A stretch of DNA of 53,504 nucleotides from Elsinoe ampelina (lineage: Eukaryota): the NCBI GenBank assembly GCA_010093995.1, contig ML992514.1, forward strand, positions 589,967 to 643,470, in the 5' to 3' direction. Both the position numbers and the translations under genes were made by a program. The notes under the pieces were generated by a model. It saw only the letters and a list, made by a program, of their open reading frames with translations, searched no databases and was not told the DNA's origin. This document shows, piece by piece, positions 34,172 to 45,191 of the stretch (position 1 is the first letter of the stretch; every line of letters starts with the position of its first letter).

Positions 34172-35062
34172 CTACTCTCCCCCAACATCCACAAACCTCA
34201 CTGCTCTTCTCCGTTCCTGCATGCCCTCTGCCATACCCACACCCTCCTTGCTCTTTTTTGGTCTCTCCTCCGCTCTGCCTCTTTTCTCAAACCGCCTCCT
34301 CCGATCTTCCTTCGCCTCCCTTGCCTTCCAGTCGTTGACCTGCTGTCTCCTTCTGATCTTTCTCGCCTCCAGCCCGGCCGCGGTAGGCTGGAATCCTATC
34401 CCATTGATGCCAAGTCCGTCCGCATCGTCTGGTGTTGACATGTCTATTACGTGACCTGTGATCTCCTTGGGCTGCCAGAAAGCTGGCGAGGAGGGCGAAG
34501 AAGAGTCTGGTTGGGGTGATGGGGAGGACGGGCGCTTCCTGCTTTTGGGCTGAGCCGGTGGGTGCGTGGTTGCGGCGGAAGCTGCTGGTAGTACCAGTAC
34601 CTTCTTGGGTGAAGCTCTCGGTGTGCGGGTTGGGGTGGAGGGCAATTCAGTCTGGTTCTGGTAGGAAGGAGGAGTTGATGCCCCAGTGATATTCGGGCTA
34701 AGAGGAGGCGAAGAAGGGAATTCCGGTTGTAATATGTGTGTCGGCCTGTCGTTTGACTGTGGTGTAGGCGATTCGGTCTTTGGTCTCAGCTGGAGCGTCT
34801 TTTCTGGTAGTTGGACGGGCGACGAGCTCGAGCTCGATCCTCTCTTCTGCCGCTTCCTAGGGCTACAGTGATCCGAGTCTGATGTCTCCATGCTGATCCG
34901 GAAGTGTATCGGCGTCTCTTGAATCTCGAGGGTCTGAAAGCGCGAAGCGACTTGAGTGCGAGGGCTATCGGTGGCCAGCGGGGTGGGCTCGGCGAGGGCG
35001 GAGGAATCGGTCGGAGGAGAGGTTGTCAAAGGCAGACGCTTTCTTTTTGGCGACATTGTCAT
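34172..35062 (-). CDS. Conserved uncharacterised Pezizomycotina protein
   Basis: S/P-rich disordered region followed by FWQPKEITGH...PDDADGLGINGIGFQPT...RRRQQVNDWKAREAKEDRRRR, a motif I recall from fungal hypothetical proteins. Confidence 0.7.
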   Translation of the reverse strand: MTMSPKRKRLPLTTSPPTDSSALAEPTPLATDSPRTQVASRFQTLEIQETPIHFRISMETSDSDHCSPRKRQKRGSSSSSSPVQLPEKTLQLRPKTESPTPQSNDRPTHILQPEFPSSPPLSPNITGASTPPSYQNQTELPSTPTRTPRASPKKVLVLPAASAATTHPPAQPKSRKRPSSPSPQPDSSSPSSPAFWQPKEITGHVIDMSTPDDADGLGINGIGFQPTAAGLEARKIRRRQQVNDWKAREAKEDRRRRFEKRGRAEERPKKSKEGVGMAEGMQERRRAVRFVDVGGE

Positions 35063-35346
35063 TATGGGCTAGGCAGTGCTGAGTGAGGTTCTGCATGGGA
35101 TGAATACACTCCTTATCTGGAAGGGAACCGAGTGAGGTGGCTGACCATGTTGTCGCCGTCGTCGTCCCGCAACGTTGAATCGCGGGGTTCGGCGTGACAA
35201 TGTGACAGTGTGACCAAGGAACCAACCTCGAGTGCCCATGTGCTCACTCGGCCGGCTGCAGGCAACAAAGAAGTGGCGCATTCTCAGATTGCCATTACTT
35301 GTTTTGAACTATCACGCTAAAGAACAAATCATCTGCTCCCTCAACA

Positions 35347-38300
35347 TCAATTCGTCAACCTCTTCCTGCCACCTGCTTCACCCGAGACTTCTACCCCCTC
35401 CCTCTTGACAGAGCAGTATCTATCTTTGACACTGATGACCTCATATATACCCTCCTCACTCGCTTTGAGCCTGAATGATCTCTCTTCACTGTACTCGCTC
35501 TTGATCTCCAACACCTTGCCTTGCTTCGCTCCCTTCTCCAATGAACTTCTTGCCCACACAAATTCCCATGGTCCTTCGCCGCCGAAGGTGAACTCAATGT
35601 CGGCACTTCCTCCCTCGTGAATATCGCTCTCCTCAGCTCTGCCATTTGCGACCTTGGCAGACGGAAGGCCATGGATTGTAGCAGCAAGACTGACGTCTGC
35701 CTTACAACTCGAGGCGCTATCCTGGATACCATTGATCACGAACTTGCCTGCCTTTTCGGCCAAGCGGCGGAAGGTGGTCGATGTTGAGCTTGCTTTACGC
35801 TGCACGCCATTGAATGTGTAGTACACCGTGAACGGGGCAGCGCCAGAAAGCGAGAAGGACAGGCGGTCACCAACGCAGTAGTCAGATCGATTCGGATCGA
35901 GTGGGGTGATGCTAGGTGCAGCATGCACTGAGATCTGTACTCGTGGCTCGGTCGAGGGGAGGATACGGGTGCATCCTCTTGCGTCGGTGATCTTACGAAG
36001 TGACAGGGCTGATGTACCGGCTTGAAGATCAGCAGTGGGGACCTGGAGACTGTAGCTATTGCTGCGAATGTCCGAGATTGTGTGAAGACGAGCTTGTGCC
36101 TTTCCAGAGTGTCGAAGCTCATAGTCGATGATGAAGGGTGGTGTGCCAGTCAGAGTGATGGGAATGGTATCTACGGAAGACGAAAACGATGTGCAATAGC
36201 TATATGTCTTGCCAGGGTTGGTGAATCGAGCAGTCGGACGAGAGTGTACCTTCTGCTGGATGGAGACCGGGTTGAAGGACTGACGGGAGTGGTCGTAGTT
36301 GTTATCCGACAATTCGGAGAAGCGATACTCGACTAGTCCGGCTTGCGCAGTATCCATCTTGATGGAGGTGACGCCCAATGCAGCATTCAGATTACGTGTC
36401 TTCAATGCCTTGGCTCCCTTCTCGGGTTTGATATGTTCCTCATACTTGACATGGAAGGGTGGCGATCCACTCAAATGCAGATCAGCAGAATCCTCTTCAC
36501 CTTCACACACATCGTGCTTGATGTACGTCTTGCCCTTGACGTCAGAAAAGTCCTTGTCCTGCAAAGCCAGACCCGGTCTGCCTATCCATTGAACGTCGAT
36601 TACATTGGCTGTTGAGTCCACATTTCCAGGACAGATTCTGTCTTGCATGCTGACCAGTTCGTATGTACCAGCTTGATTGACCACAATCTTATCATTGGCT
36701 TGGCGCAGACGAGCTTCGTGGACTGTCTCTGGGTTCTTTCTGTCACGATACAAGACTGACCAGGGACCATCTCCTGTAAGGCGGACAGGCAATACCACCG
36801 GCTTGTTCTCCAGGGTCTTGACCGACCTCGATCCTTCAATGAGACCAAAGCCCACCTTTGGCTTTTGATGTCTGACGGAGATCTTCGCTTCCTCCTTGAG
36901 GAATTCCTTGCAGCCCAGGGTGTCCGTGACACTGGCTAGCGACAATGTGTAATCGCCTCCCTTGGTCAGTGGCTCGGTTTCGATCTCGTATGTGTGGCCC
37001 TTGATATCGTTGATCTTATGTGGAATGCGTTGAGAGCCGCGAACAAGCTCGTACTGAAGGGAGAAGGGGCCTTCGCCACGGAACTCAATGCCGAACTTGA
37101 CAGAGTCATCAATGCAGATCTGCTTCGGCGATTTGTTGACGAAGGATGCGTGAGCTGATGGTTTGACGTCCTGCTCGAGAACCAAGTCTTGATGGCGTAT
37201 GCTGTGGGCTTTGTACGTTGCATCGCTTATCTCGGTGAAATAGTATTTGTATTGTCCCTCGGTCTTGGGAGTCAGGTCTGCTTGTCCTCGAAGCCCATCG
37301 ACCTTGACGAAGCCAACATCACGTTGACCGGTCTGCTTCCGCTCCATGATGTACTGGATGTCGAATGGCGGAGTCCCAGTGAGGAAGAAGTCCACCCGCA
37401 GACCAATAGCTTTGTGTGCACACTTGTCGAAAATCTCCTCTGTTTGAAGCTTTAGACTGGGCTCGGGTGGATTTTGCAACAGGCACGAAGATGGTTCATT
37501 AACATCTCCCAAGCAGTACTCAGAAGCTACAGCGCTCAAGGTATAGAGGCCGGCTTCTTTGATACGCGGTCGTTGATCGTTTGATTTCATGCTGACGCTT
37601 TCCGTCCTGGCAGTTGAACTGTGATCGCCCGAGGGTGTGAGCTCTCCCTCTGGCGTGAATTGGTACTCGATTTGGTACGGTGATTCAAGAACTCCACCCT
37701 TGCCAGTCGAGCCCAGACGAATCGGTAGAGGTGCGTCGCGGCCCTTAGCAACCTTCATGGGTCTTTGCGGGCTGCATTCGCCGAGTACGACTGTCGGACG
37801 TTCGTGAACCGTGATGACTTGATGAAGATGCGGTGCCTTGTTTCTTGGCTTTTCTTGCTTGTCGTGGTCTTTCAGCGAATAGGAAACTTTGTTGCCGAAA
37901 GCATCTTGCACTTCGTCCAATGAGAATGCCCACTTGCCGCTGATACCTAGGCTCTCGCTCAAAGGTACCTTGACAGTCTGAGGACGAGCCCATGTCGCGT
38001 CGACTTTTCCAGATGACAACACAACTTGGGAATCTGATTGTGCCAGTGGTGAGACCAAATCTTCAGGCTGTATACTCTGCAGATATGCCTCCTGCTCGAC
38101 GTTGTTGATGAGCTTGCGATACTTGAGTCGTAGAGGAGGAGTTCCGGTCACTTTGAGCTCGACATTGGACAGATCGCCGCGGCATCGATTTTGGCTGAGG
38201 GGCTCGATGGCTGCTTGAGGACAAGGCACTACAAACGTGTCTCCCACTATGCGTCTTCTGACCTCAAGTCCAGTCTTGTCTGTCACTCGTCCAAGCTTGT

Positions 38301-39144
38301 ACAATCCAGGCTTCTTTACAGGTAATCGCACAGTCATGAGACCATCCACACCAGAGTACGGGCCATGCTTGAGAGTTTCCTTCATCATCTTTTTGAGTTG
38401 GGATGTTGTCAAGAGCGTCGTTTCGTTATGATTGGTCTCCAAGTCGAATCGCAGGAGAGTCAAGGAGATGGGTTCAGTCTGGTTGATCTGAACAGGTAGA
38501 TCCACAGACGCCTTTGGACCGTCCAAACAGAAGTGCTGCTTTTCCGGATTGAGTATGGCAGAGCCTTCTGGTAGGATTTTGACAATCTGCCTTCCCAGAA
38601 GGTGTGAAGAGTCCTGCATCAAGCTTGAATACTTGACAGATCGTTCGGAAATGGCCAGTTCGCGATCGTAGACCAGCTTTGAGAAAGCAACCAGCGCAGA
38701 ACCAAGAGGAATGGGTATCCGGAACATCAAAATACCATCCAGCAATGCATGTAAAAGGAAAATTATTACCATAGTACCCTGCGCCCATTCCAGCCATGGT
38801 ATCCTCAACTCTGGTAATCCGAACAGAAAGACTCCATCAATTGTCACCCACTTCATGAACATCCATAATGATTCTGCCTCCTCTTCGATCAAGTAGTGAA
38901 AGTCATAGAGCCTCCATGCTAGCAGTGCAACATAGAATGACACTGCCAGTAAGCGCTGTTGGGGAGCATCGATTGTGTCGATTGCGATCAGAGGTCCTTC
39001 CGGCTGGGTTTGTCGTTTGAGAGCTGCCACATCTGGAAGAGAGGTCCGCGGCCTTGTCTCGTTGCTCCTCGGTGTGCTAGTAGGTCGTTGTCGTCCTTGA
39101 GGTGTCTCAGGAAACCTGGACGAAAGTCGAGGTGTTCCGTTCAT
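35347..39144 (-). CDS. POM152: Nuclear pore membrane protein Pom152
   Basis: MNGTPRL start, IDAPQQRL, FLFGLPELRIPWL TM region, GRQIVKILPEGSAILNP, repeated Ig-like G(T/S)PPF...Y modules, terminal ISVKDRYC. Confidence 0.93.
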   Translation of the reverse strand: MNGTPRLSSRFPETPQGRQRPTSTPRSNETRPRTSLPDVAALKRQTQPEGPLIAIDTIDAPQQRLLAVSFYVALLAWRLYDFHYLIEEEAESLWMFMKWVTIDGVFLFGLPELRIPWLEWAQGTMVIIFLLHALLDGILMFRIPIPLGSALVAFSKLVYDRELAISERSVKYSSLMQDSSHLLGRQIVKILPEGSAILNPEKQHFCLDGPKASVDLPVQINQTEPISLTLLRFDLETNHNETTLLTTSQLKKMMKETLKHGPYSGVDGLMTVRLPVKKPGLYKLGRVTDKTGLEVRRRIVGDTFVVPCPQAAIEPLSQNRCRGDLSNVELKVTGTPPLRLKYRKLINNVEQEAYLQSIQPEDLVSPLAQSDSQVVLSSGKVDATWARPQTVKVPLSESLGISGKWAFSLDEVQDAFGNKVSYSLKDHDKQEKPRNKAPHLHQVITVHERPTVVLGECSPQRPMKVAKGRDAPLPIRLGSTGKGGVLESPYQIEYQFTPEGELTPSGDHSSTARTESVSMKSNDQRPRIKEAGLYTLSAVASEYCLGDVNEPSSCLLQNPPEPSLKLQTEEIFDKCAHKAIGLRVDFFLTGTPPFDIQYIMERKQTGQRDVGFVKVDGLRGQADLTPKTEGQYKYYFTEISDATYKAHSIRHQDLVLEQDVKPSAHASFVNKSPKQICIDDSVKFGIEFRGEGPFSLQYELVRGSQRIPHKINDIKGHTYEIETEPLTKGGDYTLSLASVTDTLGCKEFLKEEAKISVRHQKPKVGFGLIEGSRSVKTLENKPVVLPVRLTGDGPWSVLYRDRKNPETVHEARLRQANDKIVVNQAGTYELVSMQDRICPGNVDSTANVIDVQWIGRPGLALQDKDFSDVKGKTYIKHDVCEGEEDSADLHLSGSPPFHVKYEEHIKPEKGAKALKTRNLNAALGVTSIKMDTAQAGLVEYRFSELSDNNYDHSRQSFNPVSIQQKVHSRPTARFTNPGKTYSYCTSFSSSVDTIPITLTGTPPFIIDYELRHSGKAQARLHTISDIRSNSYSLQVPTADLQAGTSALSLRKITDARGCTRILPSTEPRVQISVHAAPSITPLDPNRSDYCVGDRLSFSLSGAAPFTVYYTFNGVQRKASSTSTTFRRLAEKAGKFVINGIQDSASSCKADVSLAATIHGLPSAKVANGRAEESDIHEGGSADIEFTFGGEGPWEFVWARSSLEKGAKQGKVLEIKSEYSEERSFRLKASEEGIYEVISVKDRYCSVKREGVEVSGEAGGRKRLTN

Positions 39145-39780
39145 CGCATTGTGAGGATTCGGAAGCGGCTGCGAGCCGGGCGGCGTGAGTCTCTTGATCA
39201 AGGAAGTGGTAGTCGTCGCCTTGGAGCTAGAAACACGGGTGCGCTTTGCGGAAAAGGTGAGAGTGTTGCTGAAGACCAGCAGAGAAATTTCACACGTCTT
39301 TCACGCGCCCAAGTCATGAAATCGCAAACAAACGTCGGAGCTCCAGTGGGGCGCGCGGCGGCAAACGCGCTTGCGCTTCTCCCGCCATCAATCACACTCT
39401 ATCATCTATGCAACTCAGAAAGCTTTCATTCTATCGGCAACAATGACAAGATGTAGTACAGACTGAGTCAACGACATCCAAGTTTTGCTTGTCCGTCATT
39501 TTTGATGGTGCAAGTCCCTCAGGTAGGCTCGACCAGTACCTTGTCCACGTTTCGTGCAGGCGACCATTCGTCCGCAAATGTGCCAAATTCCCAGCAGAGA
39601 AACATTCACATCAGCCGCCGTTCTCATTCGGCAGGCACCCAATCCTTTTCGATTGTCAGGTCTCACAAATCATTCAATTACAGGACCGATGCCACTCACC
39701 TCACTTCACTTTCACTGTGGACAATTACCCTACGATCTGCGTACCTCTCTGCTCGATAACCTCACCACTACGTTTACGAC

Positions 39781-41254
39781 ATGGCGACTAAAAAACGGAA
39801 AACCAGCGGTAAAGGAAAACAGAAAATGTCGGACGACGAGTACAGACGACTCATTCACCACAAGAACTTCAGTGGCTGGGTGGAAATGATCTCGGATCCT
39901 GTACGTTAGCTCATGTCGCTCACTTCCCCCTTCTAATCAGCACTAGTCGTACTTCAATGTCATGATCCGGGAGCTGGGGGTATCAGGGATCAAGATACAA
40001 GAAGTTCTAGACATCCAGGATGATTTCGAGTTCATCACATTGCCTCAGCCCGTTCACGCCCTGATCTTCCTGTTCCAATACCAGGGGAATGATACAACGC
40101 AGACCGAGACGGACTGCCCTTCACATGTTTGGTTCGCCAACCAGGTTCCGGACTTCTCTTGTGCTTCCGTGGCACTCCTCAACATCTTCAATAATTTGCC
40201 CGGCGCGCAGCTGGGATCTGAACTGCAGACCTTCAAGGATCAGACCACGCCGCTGCCACCTATGGAACGTGGTGAAGCCATCGACAACTTCGACTTTATG
40301 AAAAGCATCCACAACTCCTTCGCTCGTGAGCTAGATGTGCTACAAGCCACGATGGTCATCAAACAGAAGCATGATAAGCTTCAAGCCAAGCAGAAGGCGA
40401 AAGCTCGACGCGAGGCTCGCGAGGCCAGGGAGGCAGAGCAGGATGCACTGGCAGAGGCTGGCGGTCTGCGTCGTTCAGGGAGAAAGAACAAGCGCAGTGC
40501 AAAAGCGGACGAGGATGATGAGGATGAGGACGAGGACGATGAGGAAGAAGATGTTGAGAACGCTGGCAATCACTATGTCGCCTACCTCCCCATCGGTAAC
40601 GAGGTCTGGATGATGGACGGCCTGGACAGCTTTCCCAAGCTCGTCGGAACTACCATTGGTCATGGAGACTGGATGGCAATTGCCAGGCAAGCTATCATTG
40701 ACAAGATGAGAGAGTACGATGATGCTCAACACTCGTTCAACCTGATGGCAGTCGTTGACGATCCGTTCGACCAAGCGCAGAGGCGGCTCGAGCAGCATCG
40801 TGCCACCACATGTCAGCCATTCGAATCGCTACCGACGGAAACACGGAACGACACACCAGGAGAATCGGACGAGGCCATGGCAGCACGCCTGTACAAAGAA
40901 GAAGTAGAGCTGGCCACTTCATATCGACCTGTCGCGATAGAAGCGCAGCCGCAGCAGGAAGCCGGAACAGAGATCGTAGATGCTGTGCAAGAAAGGACTA
41001 CACACTCGACGCCTAGATCTGCAAGTCAACCGCCATCAAGCACAAGAACTCTAACCGATGAGTCCCTCTCGGTAGGCCAGATCGCACGACTGGAGCAAGT
41101 TGTGGCAAGTGAGGCTCGTCAACGGGCGTTGGACGATCAGAAGGCGACACTCCGGAGGCATGACCTCAAACCCTTCTTTACAGCCTGGGTGAATGCATTG
41201 AAAGACGCGGGATGGTGGGACCCTTTACTCACAATCGCCAAAGAGAAGAAATGA
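39781..41254 (+). CDS. Ubiquitin C-terminal hydrolase (peptidase C12, UCH37/BAP1-like)
   Basis: GWVEMISDP / intron 39901-39946 / YFNVMIRELGV, ALIFLF, WFANQVPDFSCASVALLN (Cys), HNSFAR, HYVAY (His), MDGL (Asp); C-terminal RRHDLKPFF. Confidence 0.88.
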
Positions 41255-42588
41255 GATGCAGGGAGGTTGCCGGCAGGACCGAATTCAGCATGTGATACCC
41301 AATTAACATAGCACAAGGTTGATAGACCAAAGTCCCAGGAGCCAGATCGTCGGGACATAATAGATTGATTGCCACAAACTCATCCACGTGCTCTCCCTGC
41401 ATTCTTCTGAGCAAAAAGAAAGGTGGCACTTCAAGACAGGTCTAGCCATGGATCTGCTATTCCTGGCCGGCTAGGCATTGATACTTCCGAATCCTCGCAC
41501 GAAGGACCAAATTGAGCATCGTCGTCGTCTTCGGGCGTCGTCAAATCAAGCAAGACCAAGCAACATCAAGCCTTCTAGGCCAACATCTCACATGTCACAT
41601 CAGGTTATGCTAGGGGCGTGTCCACGCGGAGGATCAGCCGGTGGAGAACCAAATCAGGGACCAAGGCAGAGGAACGTGGGCGGTTCGTAAACTCTGATTG
41701 GCTGCTTTAGACGACGTCCGCTGTGTCTCACGGCGCCCCCTGGGAATCTCCAATTTGGGCGGAAAAATACTCGTTTCTCAACAGATTTTTTGCTCGAGAT
41801 GTGTTTGGAACGCCGAGGGTGCTACACATGATGTTATACCGGTGAGCGGAATCTTGATTGAGTTCAAAGTGGTAGAAGAGATCGAGAGACAAAGAATAGC
41901 ACCTGGGTGAGGGCAGAAACACATCCGCGGAAAACATAATGGAGACGAATAAATCCATCTTCAATGTCCAAGACAATGGTCGAGCGCCACGCGGTTCCCA
42001 CGGAAGCTTGTCAAAGCTTGACCCTCTTATCCTGCTTGGCCTCCATCAAATGAGAACCCCCCAGCATGCGAAATGCCCTGCCCCAAACCAACAACTTGAT
42101 ACCACCCACGCTACAAATCGACGAATAATGTTTACACGCTACTCCTCCACCCGCGCCCACCATCCTGCACGCGATCGGCACCACCGGGACCCCCGTCCCG
42201 ACTGATCCGGCGCGATGCGACATTGACTTTGCGCCTAACCACCGGCAAGCCCAAATGCATTTACCCTGGCCCTAACGATCACGAGCTTGACACGCCGGCA
42301 CTCATTGGATGCTCGAGAGTGTTCCGCGCTAGTCGCTATCATACCGCTTACGCAAATTTGCCAGTCTAGAGCGTTCGTGTGGGTCGCATTGCATGGTGTG
42401 TGGTACGGTCGTTTATCAGCTGGGTCTGCTACATATAGGTTTGATCCAATCCCATTTTGTCACTTCTTTTGTTCCCATCTTGGACTTCCCCGAGTAATTG
42501 AAGTCGTTTGTATACTTGTTGGAAAGGTCGTCATTGATCTGCCGTGCACCACCGACCACCACCCCACCGTCACACTACGACCGTCAAG

Positions 42589-44410
42589 ATGGTCCAGAAG
42601 ACCTCGGGCGGCAATGCTGCCTTTCACAACTTTCACAACGATTATGCCCACATCGAAGATCCAAATGAGCGCCGCCGTCTGGCTCTCGCGGAGATCGACA
42701 AGGCTCCGTTCGGATGGTACCACGTCCGTGCCATCGTCGTAGCAGGCATTGGCTTCTTCACCGACGCTTACGACATCTTCGCCGTTTCGCTCGCCACCGC
42801 TGTGCTCGGTGTCGTCTACTGGCATGATGCCACGGTCGGACCCGGCAAGATTCCTTCGACTGCAGACACGGCTATCAAGGTTGCGACCTCCGGCGGCACC
42901 GTCATTGGACAGTTCGGCTTCGGTTTCCTCGCTGATATGGTCGGGCGCAAGAAAATGTATGGTTTGGAGCTGATCATCATCATCTTCGCCACTTTGGCTC
43001 AGGCGCTTTCCTCGGACTCTCCCTCGATCTCTATTGTTGGTATAATCATATTTTGGAGAGTTTTGATGGGCGTGGGCATTGGGTGAGCTTATTCTGCTAT
43101 TTATGTGCTTTCTGGTGGTCTAACGAGCATGTAGGGGTGATTATCCGTTGTCCAGCGTCATTACTAGCGAATTTGCCACCACCAAGTGGCGAGGAGCGAT
43201 GATGGGCTCTGTCTTCGCTATGCAGGGTATTGGTCAATTTGCTGCTGGTATCGTCGCTCTCTGCGTCACCGTTGGTTTCAAAGGCTCGCTGTCGACGGCC
43301 AAAAATCAAGCCTCTTGCACGGGCGAGTGTCTGGTTGCGGCCGACAAGATCTGGCGGGTCATTATCGGTTTCGGCGCTGTCCCTGGATGTATTGCTCTCT
43401 ACTACCGTCTTACTATCCCCGAGACCCCCCGCTACACCTTCGATGTGGCGAGGGACGTCACCAAGGCCGGCAGCGACGTCAAGGCTTACATTGCTGGTGC
43501 ACCAGAGGGCAAGCCTGATGAGATTGCCCGTGTCCACACGGCTTCCCAGGATCAGGAGCAACTCGAGGTCCCCAAGGCTTCGTGGTCCGACTTCTGGCAC
43601 CACTACGGTCAATGGAAGTACGGAAAGGTTCTACTTGGGACCGCTGGCTCATGGTTCTTCCTGGACGTCGCCTTCTATGGTGTCAGCTTGAATAACTCCG
43701 TCATCTTAACCCAGATCGGGTACTCGGGTGGTTCGAACTTGTACCAGATCTTCTACAACACAGCAGTCGGTAACCTCATTATTGTGTGTGCTGGAGCGAT
43801 TCCTGGGTATTGGTTTTCGGTGGCGACCTTGGATACTTTGTCCGTTCCCTCTGCATTACCATTGTACACATTGCTGACAGGTTTTAGGGGCCGCAAGCCA
43901 ATTCAGCTCATGGGATTCGCTATGCTTACATTCCTCTTCTGCCTCATGGGTTTCGGCTACCACAAGATCGGCGACAAGGGCATTCTTGCCTGCTATGTCC
44001 TCGCCCAGTTCTTCTTCAACTTCGGACCCAACAGCACTACCTTCATCGTGCCAGGTGAATGCTTCCCTACCAGATACCGCTCGACCTCCCACGGGTTTTC
44101 CGCAGCAGCAGGCAAAGTTGGTGCCATCATCGCTCAGTGCCTGATCGGTCCTCTCCGTACCCGAGGTGCACCGCCTGGATCCTCCGCCTCGCCCTGGCTC
44201 AACCACGTCTTACAGATCTTCGCTTTGTTCATGCTCTGCGGTCTCTTCACTACTCTACTGATCCCAGAGACGAAGAGGAAGACGCTTGAGCAGCTCGCTG
44301 GAGAAGTGCCGGGTACCCCTGAGTACGATGCTGAGTTCTGGGAGAACAGGCGTCCGGTGGTGCATGACAGGAAGAACTCGGGCAGTGATGACAACGAGAA
44401 GCAGGTCTAG
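42589..44410 (+). CDS. PHO84: High-affinity phosphate:H+ symporter, 2 introns
   Basis: GGNAAFHNFHND...ERRRLALAEID, GIGFFTDAYDIF, GRKKMYGLEL, GIG/GDYPLSS, FFLDVAFYG, FFFNFGPNSTTF, FPTRYRSTSHG; introns about 43083-43134 and 43840-43887. Confidence 0.95.
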
Positions 44411-44520
44411 CCTTTGCTTGCGATAGCTTTTAGACAGCACTCAAGGAGGTAATATAGATTGTAATCATCAAAGCATATTCCAAACCTTTCGATTTGCTTA
44501 CTCATGATAATATCGAGAGC

Positions 44521-45054
44521 ATGATGTCTCTCTGCCTGTTCTTCACTGGTTTCTCGTTCTTCATCCCCCCTGAATCGCGGGACGCAAGGGTAGGCTGCAT
44601 CGCCCTCGGTATCTACCCGTTCATGATTGGCTATTCACCAGGCATGGGGCCTGTGCCGTTCACGTACTCCGCCGAGTCATTCCCGTTGGCAGTAAGGGAT
44701 ACTGGCATGGCGTTCGCGACAGCGGTGTGCTGGGGTTTCAGCTTCTTGTTGGCGTTGACTTGGCCCCAACTTGTGGCGGCTTTCACGAATCAAGGGGCTT
44801 TCAGCTGGTATGCGGCGTGGAACTTGTTTGGGTTTGTGTTTACCTGGTTCTGCTTGCCGGAAACGAAGGAGAGGCCCTTGGAAGAGCTGGATGCTGTGTT
44901 CAATGTGAGGACGAGGGATCATGCGCTTTACTATCTGAAGGAGACGGCGTGTTTGTCTGGTGGGGCGGGAGCGGGGGCAAATCAGGAGGTGGCGGATGTG
45001 ATTGAGGGGAGGCAGGCTACGAGGAGGAGGGGCAGTGTTGCTGAGAAGGTGTGA
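44521..45054 (+). pseudogene. 3' fragment of an MFS sugar/inositol transporter (last ~4 TM helices only)
   Basis: MSLCLFFTGFSF...YSPGMGPVPFTYSAESFPLAVRDTGM...CLPETKERPLEELDAVF; only about 110 bp separate it from the PHO84 stop, so the N-terminal two-thirds are absent. Confidence 0.8.
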
Positions 45055-45191
45055 AGAGTCTTGGCCGGCCGAGAGCCTTGGGGCAATGCTTCGTCTATTC
45101 CTTACACAATGAGACAAGTCCAAGCTGTATACAGTATTCAAGTCATATATTCAACCACATCTAAACCCTCCACCTCCCGAACGAGCATCAT

